NCBI GenBank assembly: GCA_937920495.1
Contig: CALEUQ010000008.1
Coordinates: 6,086-70,085, forward strand
Origin: an uncultured bacterium
GTDB lineage: Bacteria; Spirochaetota; UBA4802; UB4802
DNA length: 64,000 nt
Reading direction: 5' to 3'
The position numbers and the translations under genes were made by a program. Positions 19,020 through 28,909 of this stretch are shown here, piece after piece; position 1 is the first letter of the stretch, and every line of letters begins with the position of its first letter. Under the pieces are notes generated by a model, which was not told the DNA's origin, did no database searches, and saw only the letters and a list, made by a program, of their open reading frames with translations.

Positions 19020-20486
19020 ATGAAACAAAATACCTCGCACACAATATTCTCCGTTATTGAATCCTTGCCCTTTCTGACAAGGCTTATAAAAACTGGTGGT
19101 ATTCGTTTAAAGTGGGTTGCAGCAGTTTCAATGTTGATGGCGATAGTTATTTCAACAATAAGCTTTTTGCTGATAAGCATTTCAGAGCGTGCCCTCATCA
19201 AAGCCAACGATAAATTATGCCAGACTATCGCCCATACTATATCCTCTTCTGAAAGCTTTTTAACTGCAGAAAAAAAACCATTAAAACGTTCCATGATATT
19301 ACAGGACATTGTAAAAGGGCTTTCAAAAACTAATATTGAAGGATTTGTATATGCAGCGGTGTATGACACACATGGAATTATAGCCGAACATAAATATACC
19401 TATGCAGCTCATTCCAACGCAAAACTCCATGGCAAAAACTACTCAAAAGATTTAATTACACAATTTGAAACAATACATACAACCGTAAAAGAAAAAATTG
19501 AAATGAGCATTGATTCTATACCAACAGTTTGTTACCGGTATCGCATCCCCTTTGAGTTCTTCAACAAAAAGATTGGAATTATTGAGATAGTTTTTACCGA
19601 AGATGCAGTTCTTGGCCCGGTACATAGAGCCCGCCTTGTGATGCTTATTGTTGCCATTATTTTACTATCATTAAGCATGTATGCTGCAATGCGAATAGCA
19701 CGGCAGATGGTTGAACCAATTGTACAATTAACTGCAGGCGTTATTCGGGTTAAGAAGGGAGATCTCAGCACACGTCTTACTGTCACCACCCATGACGAAA
19801 TTGGTATCCTGACAGAAGAATTTAATGAAATGATTAATCACCTTCGTGAAAAGCTTAAGATGGAAAAATTTGTTTCCGAATCAACAATCTCCATGATTCG
19901 TGAAAAAAGAGATGATGAACTTGATCTTGGCGGGACAAGGAAAAATATGGCTTTCCTTTTTTCTGATATCCGGGGCTTTACAGCCATGTCCGAGAAGCTT
20001 CCTCCTGAAGAAGTGGTAGCCATACTCAATGAATATCTTGATTTACAGGCCACTATAATTAAAAAACATGGTGGTGACATTGATAAATTTGTGGGCGATG
20101 AAATAATGGCCGTATTTGAGGATAAAAAGAAAGCCGATAGTGCTGTTGAAACAGCTGTAGATATTATTGAATCCATTGATAATCTTAATAAACAGCGAGC
20201 CAAAGAGGGAAAAATCACTGTTACGGTAGGAATTGGTATCCATATGGGTGATATTGTTCACGGAAGGATGGGCTCAAGGGAAAGGATGGATTTTACATCA
20301 ATAGGTGATGCCGTCAATCTGGCTGCACGATTGTGCTCCCATGCAGATTCACAGACTATCTTAGTATCGGAGGAAATTATAGAAAACCTTACTAAAAGAA
20401 AATTCAAAGGCAAAAAACTTGACCCTATCAAGGTAAAAGGCAAGGAACATCCTATACCTATTTTTCAGATTACAGGAAAAGCATGA
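19020..20486 (+). CDS. Membrane-bound class III adenylate/guanylate cyclase with periplasmic sensor and HAMP domain
   Basis: Two TM helices, a HAMP-like segment, then a CHD domain with 'FLFSDIRGFT', 'KFVGDEIMAVF', 'GIHMGDIVHGRMGS..R.DFTSIGDAVNLAARL'. Confidence 0.75.
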   Translation: MKQNTSHTIFSVIESLPFLTRLIKTGGIRLKWVAAVSMLMAIVISTISFLLISISERALIKANDKLCQTIAHTISSSESFLTAEKKPLKRSMILQDIVKGLSKTNIEGFVYAAVYDTHGIIAEHKYTYAAHSNAKLHGKNYSKDLITQFETIHTTVKEKIEMSIDSIPTVCYRYRIPFEFFNKKIGIIEIVFTEDAVLGPVHRARLVMLIVAIILLSLSMYAAMRIARQMVEPIVQLTAGVIRVKKGDLSTRLTVTTHDEIGILTEEFNEMINHLREKLKMEKFVSESTISMIREKRDDELDLGGTRKNMAFLFSDIRGFTAMSEKLPPEEVVAILNEYLDLQATIIKKHGGDIDKFVGDEIMAVFEDKKKADSAVETAVDIIESIDNLNKQRAKEGKITVTVGIGIHMGDIVHGRMGSRERMDFTSIGDAVNLAARLCSHADSQTILVSEEIIENLTKRKFKGKKLDPIKVKGKEHPIPIFQITGKA

Positions 20487-20876
20487 TTACTCTTGATTAA
20501 TAATTGGATGAAATTCCTTTCGTATAAAGTAGCTTATCTTGCGTAAAATTTCTTTATATTGTTTTTTATTATTTTTGATATTTTCAAATAATATAGCTGC
20601 CTGTACCAGATTATCCAGATCTGCTTCTGTTATTCCCTTTGTATGCAATTCTGCGTGTTCGGTAGTGTTAAGAATAAGGTTATATTTCTTTGCAATCTCA
20701 TCCAGTATTATTATTTCAATTGAAATATCTAAATTATCGCCAATAGAATTGCCAATACGCAACGCATGGTACGCAAAATTATTTGTTAAAAACGAATTGG
20801 CATCTAACTTTTTTAAAACCAGCTCAGGGACGGTATGTGTTGCCAGATAATTATTTAAAATTTCTAATCTGTTCAT
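20487..20876 (-). CDS. Hypothetical protein
   Basis: 129-aa ORF abutting the cyclase stop tail-to-tail. No recognisable motif. Confidence 0.3.
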   Translation of the reverse strand: MNRLEILNNYLATHTVPELVLKKLDANSFLTNNFAYHALRIGNSIGDNLDISIEIIILDEIAKKYNLILNTTEHAELHTKGITEADLDNLVQAAILFENIKNNKKQYKEILRKISYFIRKEFHPIINQE

Positions 20877-21153
20877 TACAGTATCACCCCAACCATGGGA
20901 ATTGTATGGCTATCACTGCGTACCCTTTCACGCACACATGCATCAGGTAGTATGGAATCTTGTAACATTACCAGTATATGCCTTCATTTATCTATCATAA
21001 TAACACTGCGTGGCCAGTGTATATACCAATACAGGATGTGCCGTAAAAAAGCAACTAAAATAATTTACACCGGGATCACCTTATTTTTTATTTGCAATTT
21101 TAAAACAATTATTTACAATGCTATTAAAATCTAACAATATATACGGGGTGTGT

Positions 21154-21435
21154 ATGCCAAAGAAAGAGTACATTTCCGGAACTTTTTGTATCGATATTAA
21201 ATGTGCCCATCACAAAGCTTTGGAACAATATACAGGTGATGAGTATTTCAAACAGAAAGCCCTTTTGTGTGCTGACTGTTATGCATGGAAATTTTTCACA
21301 TGGCTTCGCGATCATAAGTATCGCATAATACAAACATTACCTGAAATTTCTGCCCGTGAACTGGCTGCACGCATTAAAGGTATTGATCCTGTAAGAGTTG
21401 AAGATTTGACTGAAGACGAAATATTGTGCTTATAA
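21154..21435 (+). CDS. Small Cys-rich hypothetical protein (possible zinc-binding)
   Basis: About 93 aa from 'MPKKEY'. Cys pattern Cx4C...CxxC. Confidence 0.3.
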   Translation: MPKKEYISGTFCIDIKCAHHKALEQYTGDEYFKQKALLCADCYAWKFFTWLRDHKYRIIQTLPEISARELAARIKGIDPVRVEDLTEDEILCL

Positions 21436-21495
21436 TAGCTGGAATATAAAAATTGTACGCATAAAAGATTTTTTTAACTTGTATGGAGGTATACG

Positions 21496-22500
21496 ATGGC
21501 TCGTAACATTGGGATAGTTGTTGTTTCTATAATTATCATTGCAATTGTGCTTGATGCAGTTGTATCCATTCTTTCACGGCCCAACGCAGGCAGAAAAGCG
21601 TGTCAGGATGCCAGCATCCCGTATAAAACAGTTATCGCTCATCGTGGAGCATCATACTGGGCGCCAGAAGAAACGTATTATGCATATACTATTGCAAAAA
21701 ATGTTGGCGCCGATTATTTAGAGATGGATGTGCAACGAACTAAAGATGATGTTATTATTGTTTTTCATGATGATACATTAAACCGCATAACAAATATTTC
21801 TGAAATTTTTCCTGGAAGAGAAAATGACCCTATTAACAGTTTTACAATAGCTGAACTAAAAAGGCTGGATGTAGGAAAATGGTTTAATACATCTTTTCCC
21901 GAACGATCCAAACATTCATATAGCGGAACACAAATATTGACTCTTGATGAAGTCATTGATATAGCCAATGCTAATAAAGAATTATACCCACTATATATCG
22001 AAACAAAAAGCCCAAAAAATTTCCCGGGTATTGAAGAACAACTTGTTCATATACTTCAAACCCGCGGATACATATCTAAAGATGAAAAAATGATTAATGT
22101 TTCTTATGCGCCAGTAATTTTCCAGTCATTTGAAATTGAAAGTTTACAAAAACTTCAAAAACTTGCTCCACAGGTCCCTCGTGTATATTTGATCGACGAG
22201 GATATGGTTGCACAAAAGGGCTGGGATACTCTTATTAACGAAGCAAAGCAGGCACAATGTGCAGGCATAGGACCATCAGGATATCTTGGCTGGCCGTGGA
22301 TAACCGGCAAAGCCCATCGTAATGGACTCATTGTTCACATATACACAGTTAATAAAAAATGGCAGTATCGTTTACTGGACTGGTTTGGTGCAGATGGATT
22401 TTTTACCGACAGATGCGAATTATTGATGGAATATTACCATAAGCCTCATAAAAAACCATTCAAGGATATCATATCAGGTATTGATGAGATTGATATGTAA
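21496..22500 (+). CDS. Glycerophosphodiester phosphodiesterase (GDPD family), membrane-anchored
   Basis: GGAGG RBS, N-terminal TM helix, 'VIAHRGASYWAPEETYYAY...ADYLEMDVQRTKDDVIIVFHDDTL'. Confidence 0.7.
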   Translation: MARNIGIVVVSIIIIAIVLDAVVSILSRPNAGRKACQDASIPYKTVIAHRGASYWAPEETYYAYTIAKNVGADYLEMDVQRTKDDVIIVFHDDTLNRITNISEIFPGRENDPINSFTIAELKRLDVGKWFNTSFPERSKHSYSGTQILTLDEVIDIANANKELYPLYIETKSPKNFPGIEEQLVHILQTRGYISKDEKMINVSYAPVIFQSFEIESLQKLQKLAPQVPRVYLIDEDMVAQKGWDTLINEAKQAQCAGIGPSGYLGWPWITGKAHRNGLIVHIYTVNKKWQYRLLDWFGADGFFTDRCELLMEYYHKPHKKPFKDIISGIDEIDM

Positions 22501-22760
22501 GATTGTGCAGTATGATTTTGGAATAACATTTTTAAATGTTGATGTAATTCTTTCAGCATGAGTGTGCATCAACCAAACATATATACTGTGTACGAATAGC
22601 AAAATAGGGATGGTGTATATACAAAAAGCTACATACAGCACACTAAATGACCGATATGTAAACTGATAGTGCACATTACATTTTACTTGACTATCAATAT
22701 AGTATACTATAAATTTAAAAAACACTATTTTATTTTTATCTTCTAAACAGGAGATGTTTA

Positions 22761-23978
22761 ATGGGTGAATGGTCAATAGCTGGAAAAGGAATATTAACTC
22801 CGGATAAGTTCATCAAGAAAGCAAGTGTACTGGTCAGCGACGGAATAATTGACAAGATTGATGGGCACAGTAGTTTTTCTATTGAGGTTGATGGGATCAT
22901 TGTTCCGGGATTGATCAACAGCCACGACCATTTACTTGGTACATACCACCCCAAAGTTGGCAATGGCCCCTATGAAAACTGGCTGCCATGGGATAATGAC
23001 CTTAAAAGCTCGCCAATATACGAAGAACGCCAGCAGATAGAAAACCGCGATCTTTATCTTTTGGGTGGATATCGCAATCTGTTATCAGGTGTCACAACTG
23101 TTTCCGACCATATACCCCATTTTGTTAATGAACCATTTCTTGACATACTTCCCGTCAAAGCGTTGAAAAACTATGCTCTGGCACATGCTGTGGTTTCATT
23201 TGCATTGGCCTGGGGTGATGGCATAACATTGGAATACCAGAAGGCAGCTAAAGAACACATTCCCTTTATTACCCACTCGGGCGAAGGTTTTGATGATGAA
23301 ACCCGCCATGATATTGATACATTGGAGCGTCTTGGAGCATTGGGAGAATACACGGTACTTGTCCACGGAATAGCATTTAATGAGAATGATATCAAGCGTA
23401 TCAAAAAAGCAGGTGCATCCGTTGTGTGGTGTGGCGATTCAAACATGTATATGTTCAACCGTACCGCAAATGTCAAACTTATGCTGGATTATGGCGTCAA
23501 TGTATGCATAGGTACAGACTCTCCCATGTCTGGTGGGGAAAATCTTCTTTACGAAATAAAATTTGACCGTAAATTATATAAAAAGCTCTTTGGACAGGAA
23601 CTTAGCGACGAAACAATAGTCAAAATGATAACAGTAAACCCTTCGTATGCGTTTAAGCTGCATGATCATGGCGCTATCAAGACTGGCAATGTTGCAGATT
23701 TTATTGTTATTTCTCGTATGGAAGATAATCCTTATTCATCTGTAGTGAATGCGCAACTTGAAGATATTGCGCTGGTAGTCATTAATGGAAAGCCAATGTA
23801 TGGCGATAGTATCTATAAAAAGCTTTTTGATTATAACAAAGTCAAATATCAGGAAATAATCCTTAGAAACAAGCCCAAACTTGTGGTTGGAGATTTACTT
23901 GGATTATTGCGAAGAATAAGTAAAGCAGTTGGCTATAAAAAGGAATTTCCATTTCTTCCTGTTGAATTTGATATATAA
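22761..23978 (+). CDS. Amidohydrolase-superfamily metal-dependent hydrolase
   Basis: 'IIVPGLINSHDHLLGT' is the first metal-ligand HxH. Downstream His and Asp are conserved. Confidence 0.55.
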   Translation: MGEWSIAGKGILTPDKFIKKASVLVSDGIIDKIDGHSSFSIEVDGIIVPGLINSHDHLLGTYHPKVGNGPYENWLPWDNDLKSSPIYEERQQIENRDLYLLGGYRNLLSGVTTVSDHIPHFVNEPFLDILPVKALKNYALAHAVVSFALAWGDGITLEYQKAAKEHIPFITHSGEGFDDETRHDIDTLERLGALGEYTVLVHGIAFNENDIKRIKKAGASVVWCGDSNMYMFNRTANVKLMLDYGVNVCIGTDSPMSGGENLLYEIKFDRKLYKKLFGQELSDETIVKMITVNPSYAFKLHDHGAIKTGNVADFIVISRMEDNPYSSVVNAQLEDIALVVINGKPMYGDSIYKKLFDYNKVKYQEIILRNKPKLVVGDLLGLLRRISKAVGYKKEFPFLPVEFDI

Positions 23979-23995
23979 CGTGTGCGAGGATTTCT

Positions 23996-25144
23996 ATGTC
24001 AAATGGTTCATCAATTCAAGGAATTACCACACGAACCTATAAACCGGGCTCAATTGTATATTTTGAGAATGATAAAAGTGAAAATATTTACATCCTCAAA
24101 TCTGGTCTTATAATCTTAACTTCACAGAAGCTTGAAACCGGTGAGGAAGTGAAAGAAGAAGTAAGGCCTGGTGAATTTTTTGGGGTAAAATCAGCATTGG
24201 GGCGTTATCCCCGTGAAGAAACGGCACAGGTAATTAAAGAATCGGTAGTGCTTGTCTTAACACTGGCAGATTTTGAGCGACTCATTTTAAAGAATGTAAA
24301 TGTGGTATTAAAAATGCTCAGAATCTTCAGCAATCAGCTCAGAAGGATTGGAAGAGCGGTGCGAGAAGTTTTAGGAGAAACAAGCACTATAAATCCTGAG
24401 GAAGAGCTGTTTAAAATTGGTGAATATTATTACAGGGCAGGCCGATTTAATCAGGCTCGCTACGCATATAATAAATACCTTGATTACTATCCAAATGCAA
24501 AATACTCAGATTTAGCAACAAAGCGAATACGTGAAATTGATTCCGGTCAGGCAGAATCAAATATTGCCCCACAGCCAGTAAAACGCCAGGAAGTAAAAAC
24601 ATCTACCGAAGAATTAAAAGATTTTACCCTTGACGAGGATATGGACACCGTCCCAGCAAAAGAATCAGTAGTGGACGAAATGGACGATTTTTTAGGGGAT
24701 GACGTCTCTGGTTCAAATTTTGACATTGCCGATGAAAGCTCCAAAGAGCAGGATATATCATCTATGTTTTACGACGCTATGAGCCTCTACTCACAATCTG
24801 AATATGAATCAGCCTTACAATTGTATAAAAAAATCTTAAACCAGAAGTCGTTAAAAAATGATGCAGAAAACAAAGTTTATCAAAAAGCCCACTTTGAAAT
24901 AGGTAGAACTTATTTCAAAATGGGGCAATACAATGAAGCCATAGAAGCTTTTTCATTGTTAATAAAAAAATTCCCTCAATCTGACTTAATTGTAAACACA
25001 TTGTACCACCTGGCGATGATTTATGAAGTAAAAAAACAATTTGATAAAGCTAAATCATATTACCAGAAAGTGATATCCCTTGCTGCCAGAGAGGAAATAG
25101 GTAAACAGGCTTCCCGGCGATTAAAAAATCTTGAATCACGGTAA
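23996..25144 (+). CDS. Cyclic-nucleotide-binding domain protein with acidic linker and C-terminal TPR repeats
   Basis: N-terminal cNMP beta-barrel pattern ('GSIVYFENDKSENIYILKSGLIIL...VRPGEFFGVKSAL'). C-terminal TPRs ('YNEAIEAFSLLIKKFPQSDL..LYHLAMIYEV'). Confidence 0.6.
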   Translation: MSNGSSIQGITTRTYKPGSIVYFENDKSENIYILKSGLIILTSQKLETGEEVKEEVRPGEFFGVKSALGRYPREETAQVIKESVVLVLTLADFERLILKNVNVVLKMLRIFSNQLRRIGRAVREVLGETSTINPEEELFKIGEYYYRAGRFNQARYAYNKYLDYYPNAKYSDLATKRIREIDSGQAESNIAPQPVKRQEVKTSTEELKDFTLDEDMDTVPAKESVVDEMDDFLGDDVSGSNFDIADESSKEQDISSMFYDAMSLYSQSEYESALQLYKKILNQKSLKNDAENKVYQKAHFEIGRTYFKMGQYNEAIEAFSLLIKKFPQSDLIVNTLYHLAMIYEVKKQFDKAKSYYQKVISLAAREEIGKQASRRLKNLESR

Positions 25145-25153
25145 AGGTATGCT

Positions 25154-25798
25154 ATGTTACTTGATGAAAAGCTGTTTGATAAGTTTGGCGTAGAATACGA
25201 GCCTAACGATATAATTTTCTGCGAATTTGAACCTGGTAATGACTTCTATTTTATTCAATCTGGAAGGGTTGAGATTGTAAAAATCATCAATAACCGGGAA
25301 AAAACTCTTGATATACTTGGTCCCGGAGATGTATTTGGCGAAATGGCAATACTTGAGGAAGAACCCCGTTCCGCATCAGCTATCGCTATTGAACATGTAA
25401 AGTTACTGCGATTTAGAAGGGAAAATTTTGATGCTCTGTTACAGGGCAATCCCCAGCTTGCATACAAACTGCTGGTTATCTTTTCAAAACGAATATACGA
25501 CGCAAAACGAAGACTTATGATTCTGTTGCTCGATGACCCGCAGTTAAAAGTCATGGATGTGATGAATATGTTAGCCGAGCAGGATCCCCATTTAGATGTT
25601 GCTGAACCGGTTACTCTTAGGGTCACCGTACAGGAAATAGCCAATTGGGCGGGTATGCAGATAAACGATGTGCAAAAAATATTGACACATCTTAATAAAT
25701 TGGGGAAAATTGAATTATTCAATGATAGAGTGGTTGTCCGAAATATAAGGGACTTCCAGCGGCTTGTAAATTCACGCCGCAAAAGCATGTATGCATAA
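25154..25798 (+). CDS. Crp/Fnr-family transcriptional regulator (cNMP-binding + HTH)
   Basis: 'GNDFYFIQSGRVEIVK...LGPGDVFGEMAILEEEPRSASAIA', then a C-terminal HTH 'VTVQEIANWAGMQINDVQKILTHLNKLG'. Starts 7 nt after the previous stop. Confidence 0.75.
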   Translation: MLLDEKLFDKFGVEYEPNDIIFCEFEPGNDFYFIQSGRVEIVKIINNREKTLDILGPGDVFGEMAILEEEPRSASAIAIEHVKLLRFRRENFDALLQGNPQLAYKLLVIFSKRIYDAKRRLMILLLDDPQLKVMDVMNMLAEQDPHLDVAEPVTLRVTVQEIANWAGMQINDVQKILTHLNKLGKIELFNDRVVVRNIRDFQRLVNSRRKSMYA

Positions 25799-25872
25799 GC
25801 TCCCGTAGCTCAGGAGGATAGAGCAGTAGTTTCCTAAACTATGTGTCAGAGGTTCGAGTCCTCTCGGGAGCA
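25799..25872 (+). tRNA. tRNA-Arg (anticodon CCU)
   Basis: Hand-folded cloverleaf. The acceptor GCTCCCG/CGGGAGC has 7 of 7 pairs. D-arm GCTC-AGGAGGATA-GAGC. Anticodon stem GTAGT/ACTAT with loop TTCCTAA. Variable loop GTGTC. T-arm AGAGG-TTCGAGT-CCTCT. Discriminator A. No encoded CCA. Confidence 0.9.
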
Positions 25873-25894
25873 AAGAGCTTTACTACGTATACTG

Positions 25895-25918
25895 GCGGGC
25901 TACCCCGCTGTTTTTTTT
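25895..25918 (+). terminator. Rho-independent terminator after tRNA-Arg
   Basis: GCGGG-CTAC-CCCGC hairpin followed by TGTTTTTTTT. Confidence 0.55.
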
Positions 25919-25933
25919 AGAGAGGCATTGACC

Positions 25934-27004
25934 ATGGAAGAACGACTACAGCAAATTATAAACCGTTACAATGAAATTGAACATGCTATGGCTGACCCAA
26001 AATCTGTCAGTGATCAAAATGTATTTAAATCACTGACAAAAGAGCATGCCAGGCTTACACCAATAGTTCAAAAATATAACGAATATATACGAGTAAAAAA
26101 GGAATTGGACGACACTAAAACTGCCTTAAAATCTGAAAAAGACCCTGAAATGATATCGCTTCTTCAAGAGGAAATCCCTAAACTTGAATCTTTACTCCGT
26201 GAAATTGAGGAACAAATTACTAAACTGCTTTTGCCACAGGATCCTCATGAAGGAAAGGATATCATTATTGAAATCAGGGCTGGTACAGGTGGGGATGAGG
26301 CATCATTGTTTGTAGCGGATCTATATAGAATGTATATCCGGTATGCTGACCTTAAAGGGTGGAAAGTTGAATATATAGATGCCAACCAGACAGAATTAGG
26401 CGGCTTTAAAGAAGTTATTTTATCAATCAGCGGTGCCGAGGCATACAGCTGTTTAAAATTTGAATCCGGTGTACACAGAGTCCAGCGAATACCTGTTACT
26501 GAATCAGGTGGCAGAATTCATACATCTGCCGTTACTGTTGCTGTTCTTCCTGAAGCAGAGGAAAGTGAGGTGGAAATTAATCCAGACGATATACGAATTG
26601 ATGTGTATCGTTCATCAGGCCATGGTGGTCAGTCAGTCAATACAACCGATTCTGCAGTCCGTATCACCCATATTCCAACAGGAATTGTGGTAACATGCCA
26701 GGATGAAAAATCACAACATAAAAATCGTGCCAAAGCTTTGCGGGTATTACGGGCCAGACTTTTTGAAAAATTAGAACGGGAACGGATGGAAAAAGAAACA
26801 TCATTACGCCGTTCACAGATAGGTAGTGGCGACCGCAGTGAGCGTATCAGAACCTATAACTTTCCTCAATCACGTGTTACCGATCATAGAATCAATCTTA
26901 CTATCTATGATCTGGAATCCGTGCTTGATGGTGAACTTGACAAAATCATCATCCCATTGCGGGAAAATGAAATGGAGCAGTTACTGAAATCTGCACATGT
27001 CTAA
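25934..27004 (+). CDS. prfA: Peptide chain release factor 1
   Basis: The GGQ motif is '[24 protein letters not shown]'. The RF1-specific tripeptide PVT is in 'VQRIPVTES'. The true start is Met 32 of the listed ORF; the upstream part overlaps the tRNA. Confidence 0.9.
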   Translation: MEERLQQIINRYNEIEHAMADPKSVSDQNVFKSLTKEHARLTPIVQKYNEYIRVKKELDDTKTALKSEKDPEMISLLQEEIPKLESLLREIEEQITKLLLPQDPHEGKDIIIEIRAGTGGDEASLFVADLYRMYIRYADLKGWKVEYIDANQTELGGFKEVILSISGAEAYSCLKFESGVHRVQRIPVTESGGRIHTSAVTVAVLPEAEESEVEINPDDIRIDVYRSSGHGGQSVNTTDSAVRITHIPTGIVVTCQDEKSQHKNRAKALRVLRARLFEKLERERMEKETSLRRSQIGSGDRSERIRTYNFPQSRVTDHRINLTIYDLESVLDGELDKIIIPLRENEMEQLLKSAHV

Positions 27005-27860
27005 TGTTGCAAATCAAAATTCTGTTATCAAGGTCATAGCTAACGCTGCAAAACAGCTTGAACCTGTTTCAAATACTCCGGTACTGGATGCTGAAATTCT
27101 GATGGCTCACACGCTGGATATTGATCGCCAGAAACTGGTTTTATACCATACTACTATCGTTGAAAAGACAATTTTAAAAAGATTTTCACGGCTTCTTAAT
27201 CGCAGATTGAAATGTGAACCTATCGCATATATTATAGGATATAAAGAATTTTACTCCCTGACATTTAAGGTCAACAGGCATGTCCTGATCCCTCGTCCTG
27301 AAACGGAGCTAGTGGTTGATTGCGCTATCTACCATGCTAAGCAACATGCCAGCATTATAGATATAGGAACCGGAAGCGGTGCCATAGCAATTGCCATTAA
27401 ATATAACAGGCCTGATTGCACTGTGTGGGCTACGGATCTTTCGATTAGTGCTTTAAAAGTAGCTAAACAAAATGCCACTACAATCCTTGGAAAACAAAAA
27501 ATAAAATTTTTGCACAGTGATCTGTTTAGTTCTTTACCGCCAATGAAATTCGATGTAATTGTAAGCAATCCTCCGTATATTAATCCTGACATATATTCAC
27601 AATTGCAAAAGGATATCCATTACGAACCAAAAGAAGCTTTGCTTGCACCAGATAAAGGATTTGGCATTATTAAGGCACTGATTGAAAACGCACACCACTC
27701 CCTTTCTGATGATGGCTTTGTAATTATTGAAATCGGAGAAGATCTATCAACTAAAATACAAAACTTTGCCTCTTTGCACAACTTCTCAATTTCAATTCTG
27801 AAAGATTATGCAGGCTTAGCTAGAGTTGCTATTTTAAAAAACAAAAAATATCAACATTGA
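26997..27860 (+). CDS. prmC: Release-factor glutamine N5-methyltransferase PrmC (HemK)
   Basis: '[12 protein letters not shown]' is the SAM motif I. 'VSNPPYI' is the catalytic NPPY. It overlaps the prfA stop by 8 nt in the classic prfA-prmC arrangement. Confidence 0.85.
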   Translation: MSNVANQNSVIKVIANAAKQLEPVSNTPVLDAEILMAHTLDIDRQKLVLYHTTIVEKTILKRFSRLLNRRLKCEPIAYIIGYKEFYSLTFKVNRHVLIPRPETELVVDCAIYHAKQHASIIDIGTGSGAIAIAIKYNRPDCTVWATDLSISALKVAKQNATTILGKQKIKFLHSDLFSSLPPMKFDVIVSNPPYINPDIYSQLQKDIHYEPKEALLAPDKGFGIIKALIENAHHSLSDDGFVIIEIGEDLSTKIQNFASLHNFSISILKDYAGLARVAILKNKKYQH

Positions 27861-27991
27861 AGAAATAATGATAAATTTATAATAATTTTATTCGATATTA
27901 CTAATAACTAATTACGTTCGATATATGCTGTCATTTTGTTGAAACATCCTGATACACACGAGCATTCCATCAACAAGGGGAAGCACACTGC

Positions 27992-28900
27992 ATGATTAAT
28001 ACCAGAGAGGAATTGTTACACGATACCAATGTACCGGATTTTGTTGAATCATACAGGATAAGCGTTATTAGTAAGCGTGACAAGTGGTATAGCTTTTCAA
28101 ATATATCATGGAATCCTTATCTTGGCCAGATGGTTGTAAATTCATTTTTTAACTTTTCAGACTTTTTTGTACATAGCAATCAAATTATCAAAGATACTAT
28201 ACCCAGGAAATCATTTGGTACTCAGCGGTGTAAATACACTATCATCCAGCCATTAAAGGAAAGCAGGCTAGTGTACAAAGATTCCAATTTTCTTGCCAAC
28301 ATATCTTTGTTTGACTATTTCCCTTACTATGAATTATTACATAACAAAAAAGCATCAACCCAAAGTTTTGAGAATATGATTTCAAGCTACTTTACCCGCT
28401 GCAAAGCAAAAGTATCTGTTGAGCTGCATTCTAAATCAAAAAGCATTAAAAAAAATTTTGATTGCATAGGATTTAAAGAACATACATGGGGTTTATACCC
28501 CTACAGCCTTATCACCTGTGATAGCAGAGTAGTGGTCCATTTCCGTGACCAGACCATTTCTTTCAGATACATCGAATATAACGGGATGAGCTATTCTTAT
28601 GGCTGTATTTCCAAAAAAAACGGTAACCTTGCACTTGTACTGGTAGAACTGGAATTCTTATCAATAAAAAACGCCCTGCTGGAATCATCCGAATTTACGT
28701 ATAAAGACGCTCAGGATGATATTGATTTGATTGTTTCAAAACCAGTCAAAACCCATACAATAGATGTCCCAACGAAAGTTAAAAAATCTCATGTTCATGT
28801 TATAAGTTTTTCAGATTTTACCATCATAGGCACCAACAAAAAGGGATATGGGATAGAAGAACATTACATTTCTTTTGACCGCTTAAAAAATACTTTATAA
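27992..28900 (+). CDS. Hypothetical protein (no recognisable domain)
   Basis: 302-aa ORF with a plausible RBS. Aromatic-rich. Confidence 0.35.
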   Translation: MINTREELLHDTNVPDFVESYRISVISKRDKWYSFSNISWNPYLGQMVVNSFFNFSDFFVHSNQIIKDTIPRKSFGTQRCKYTIIQPLKESRLVYKDSNFLANISLFDYFPYYELLHNKKASTQSFENMISSYFTRCKAKVSVELHSKSKSIKKNFDCIGFKEHTWGLYPYSLITCDSRVVVHFRDQTISFRYIEYNGMSYSYGCISKKNGNLALVLVELEFLSIKNALLESSEFTYKDAQDDIDLIVSKPVKTHTIDVPTKVKKSHVHVISFSDFTIIGTNKKGYGIEEHYISFDRLKNTL

Positions 28901-28909
28901 TATCTCATT

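Noticed and set aside
19838-20261. Minus-strand ORFs of 126 and 72 aa inside the class III cyclase gene
   Set aside because: Antisense to a gene with intact catalytic motifs. Low-complexity Ser/Ile-rich translations.
20895-21134. 79-aa plus-strand ORF upstream of the Cys-rich small gene
   Set aside because: No RBS, hydrophobic junk-like sequence, and it overlaps a probable promoter region.
25841-25933. Listed N-terminal extension of the prfA ORF
   Set aside because: It begins inside the tRNA-Arg gene and spans its terminator. The true start is ATG 25934.
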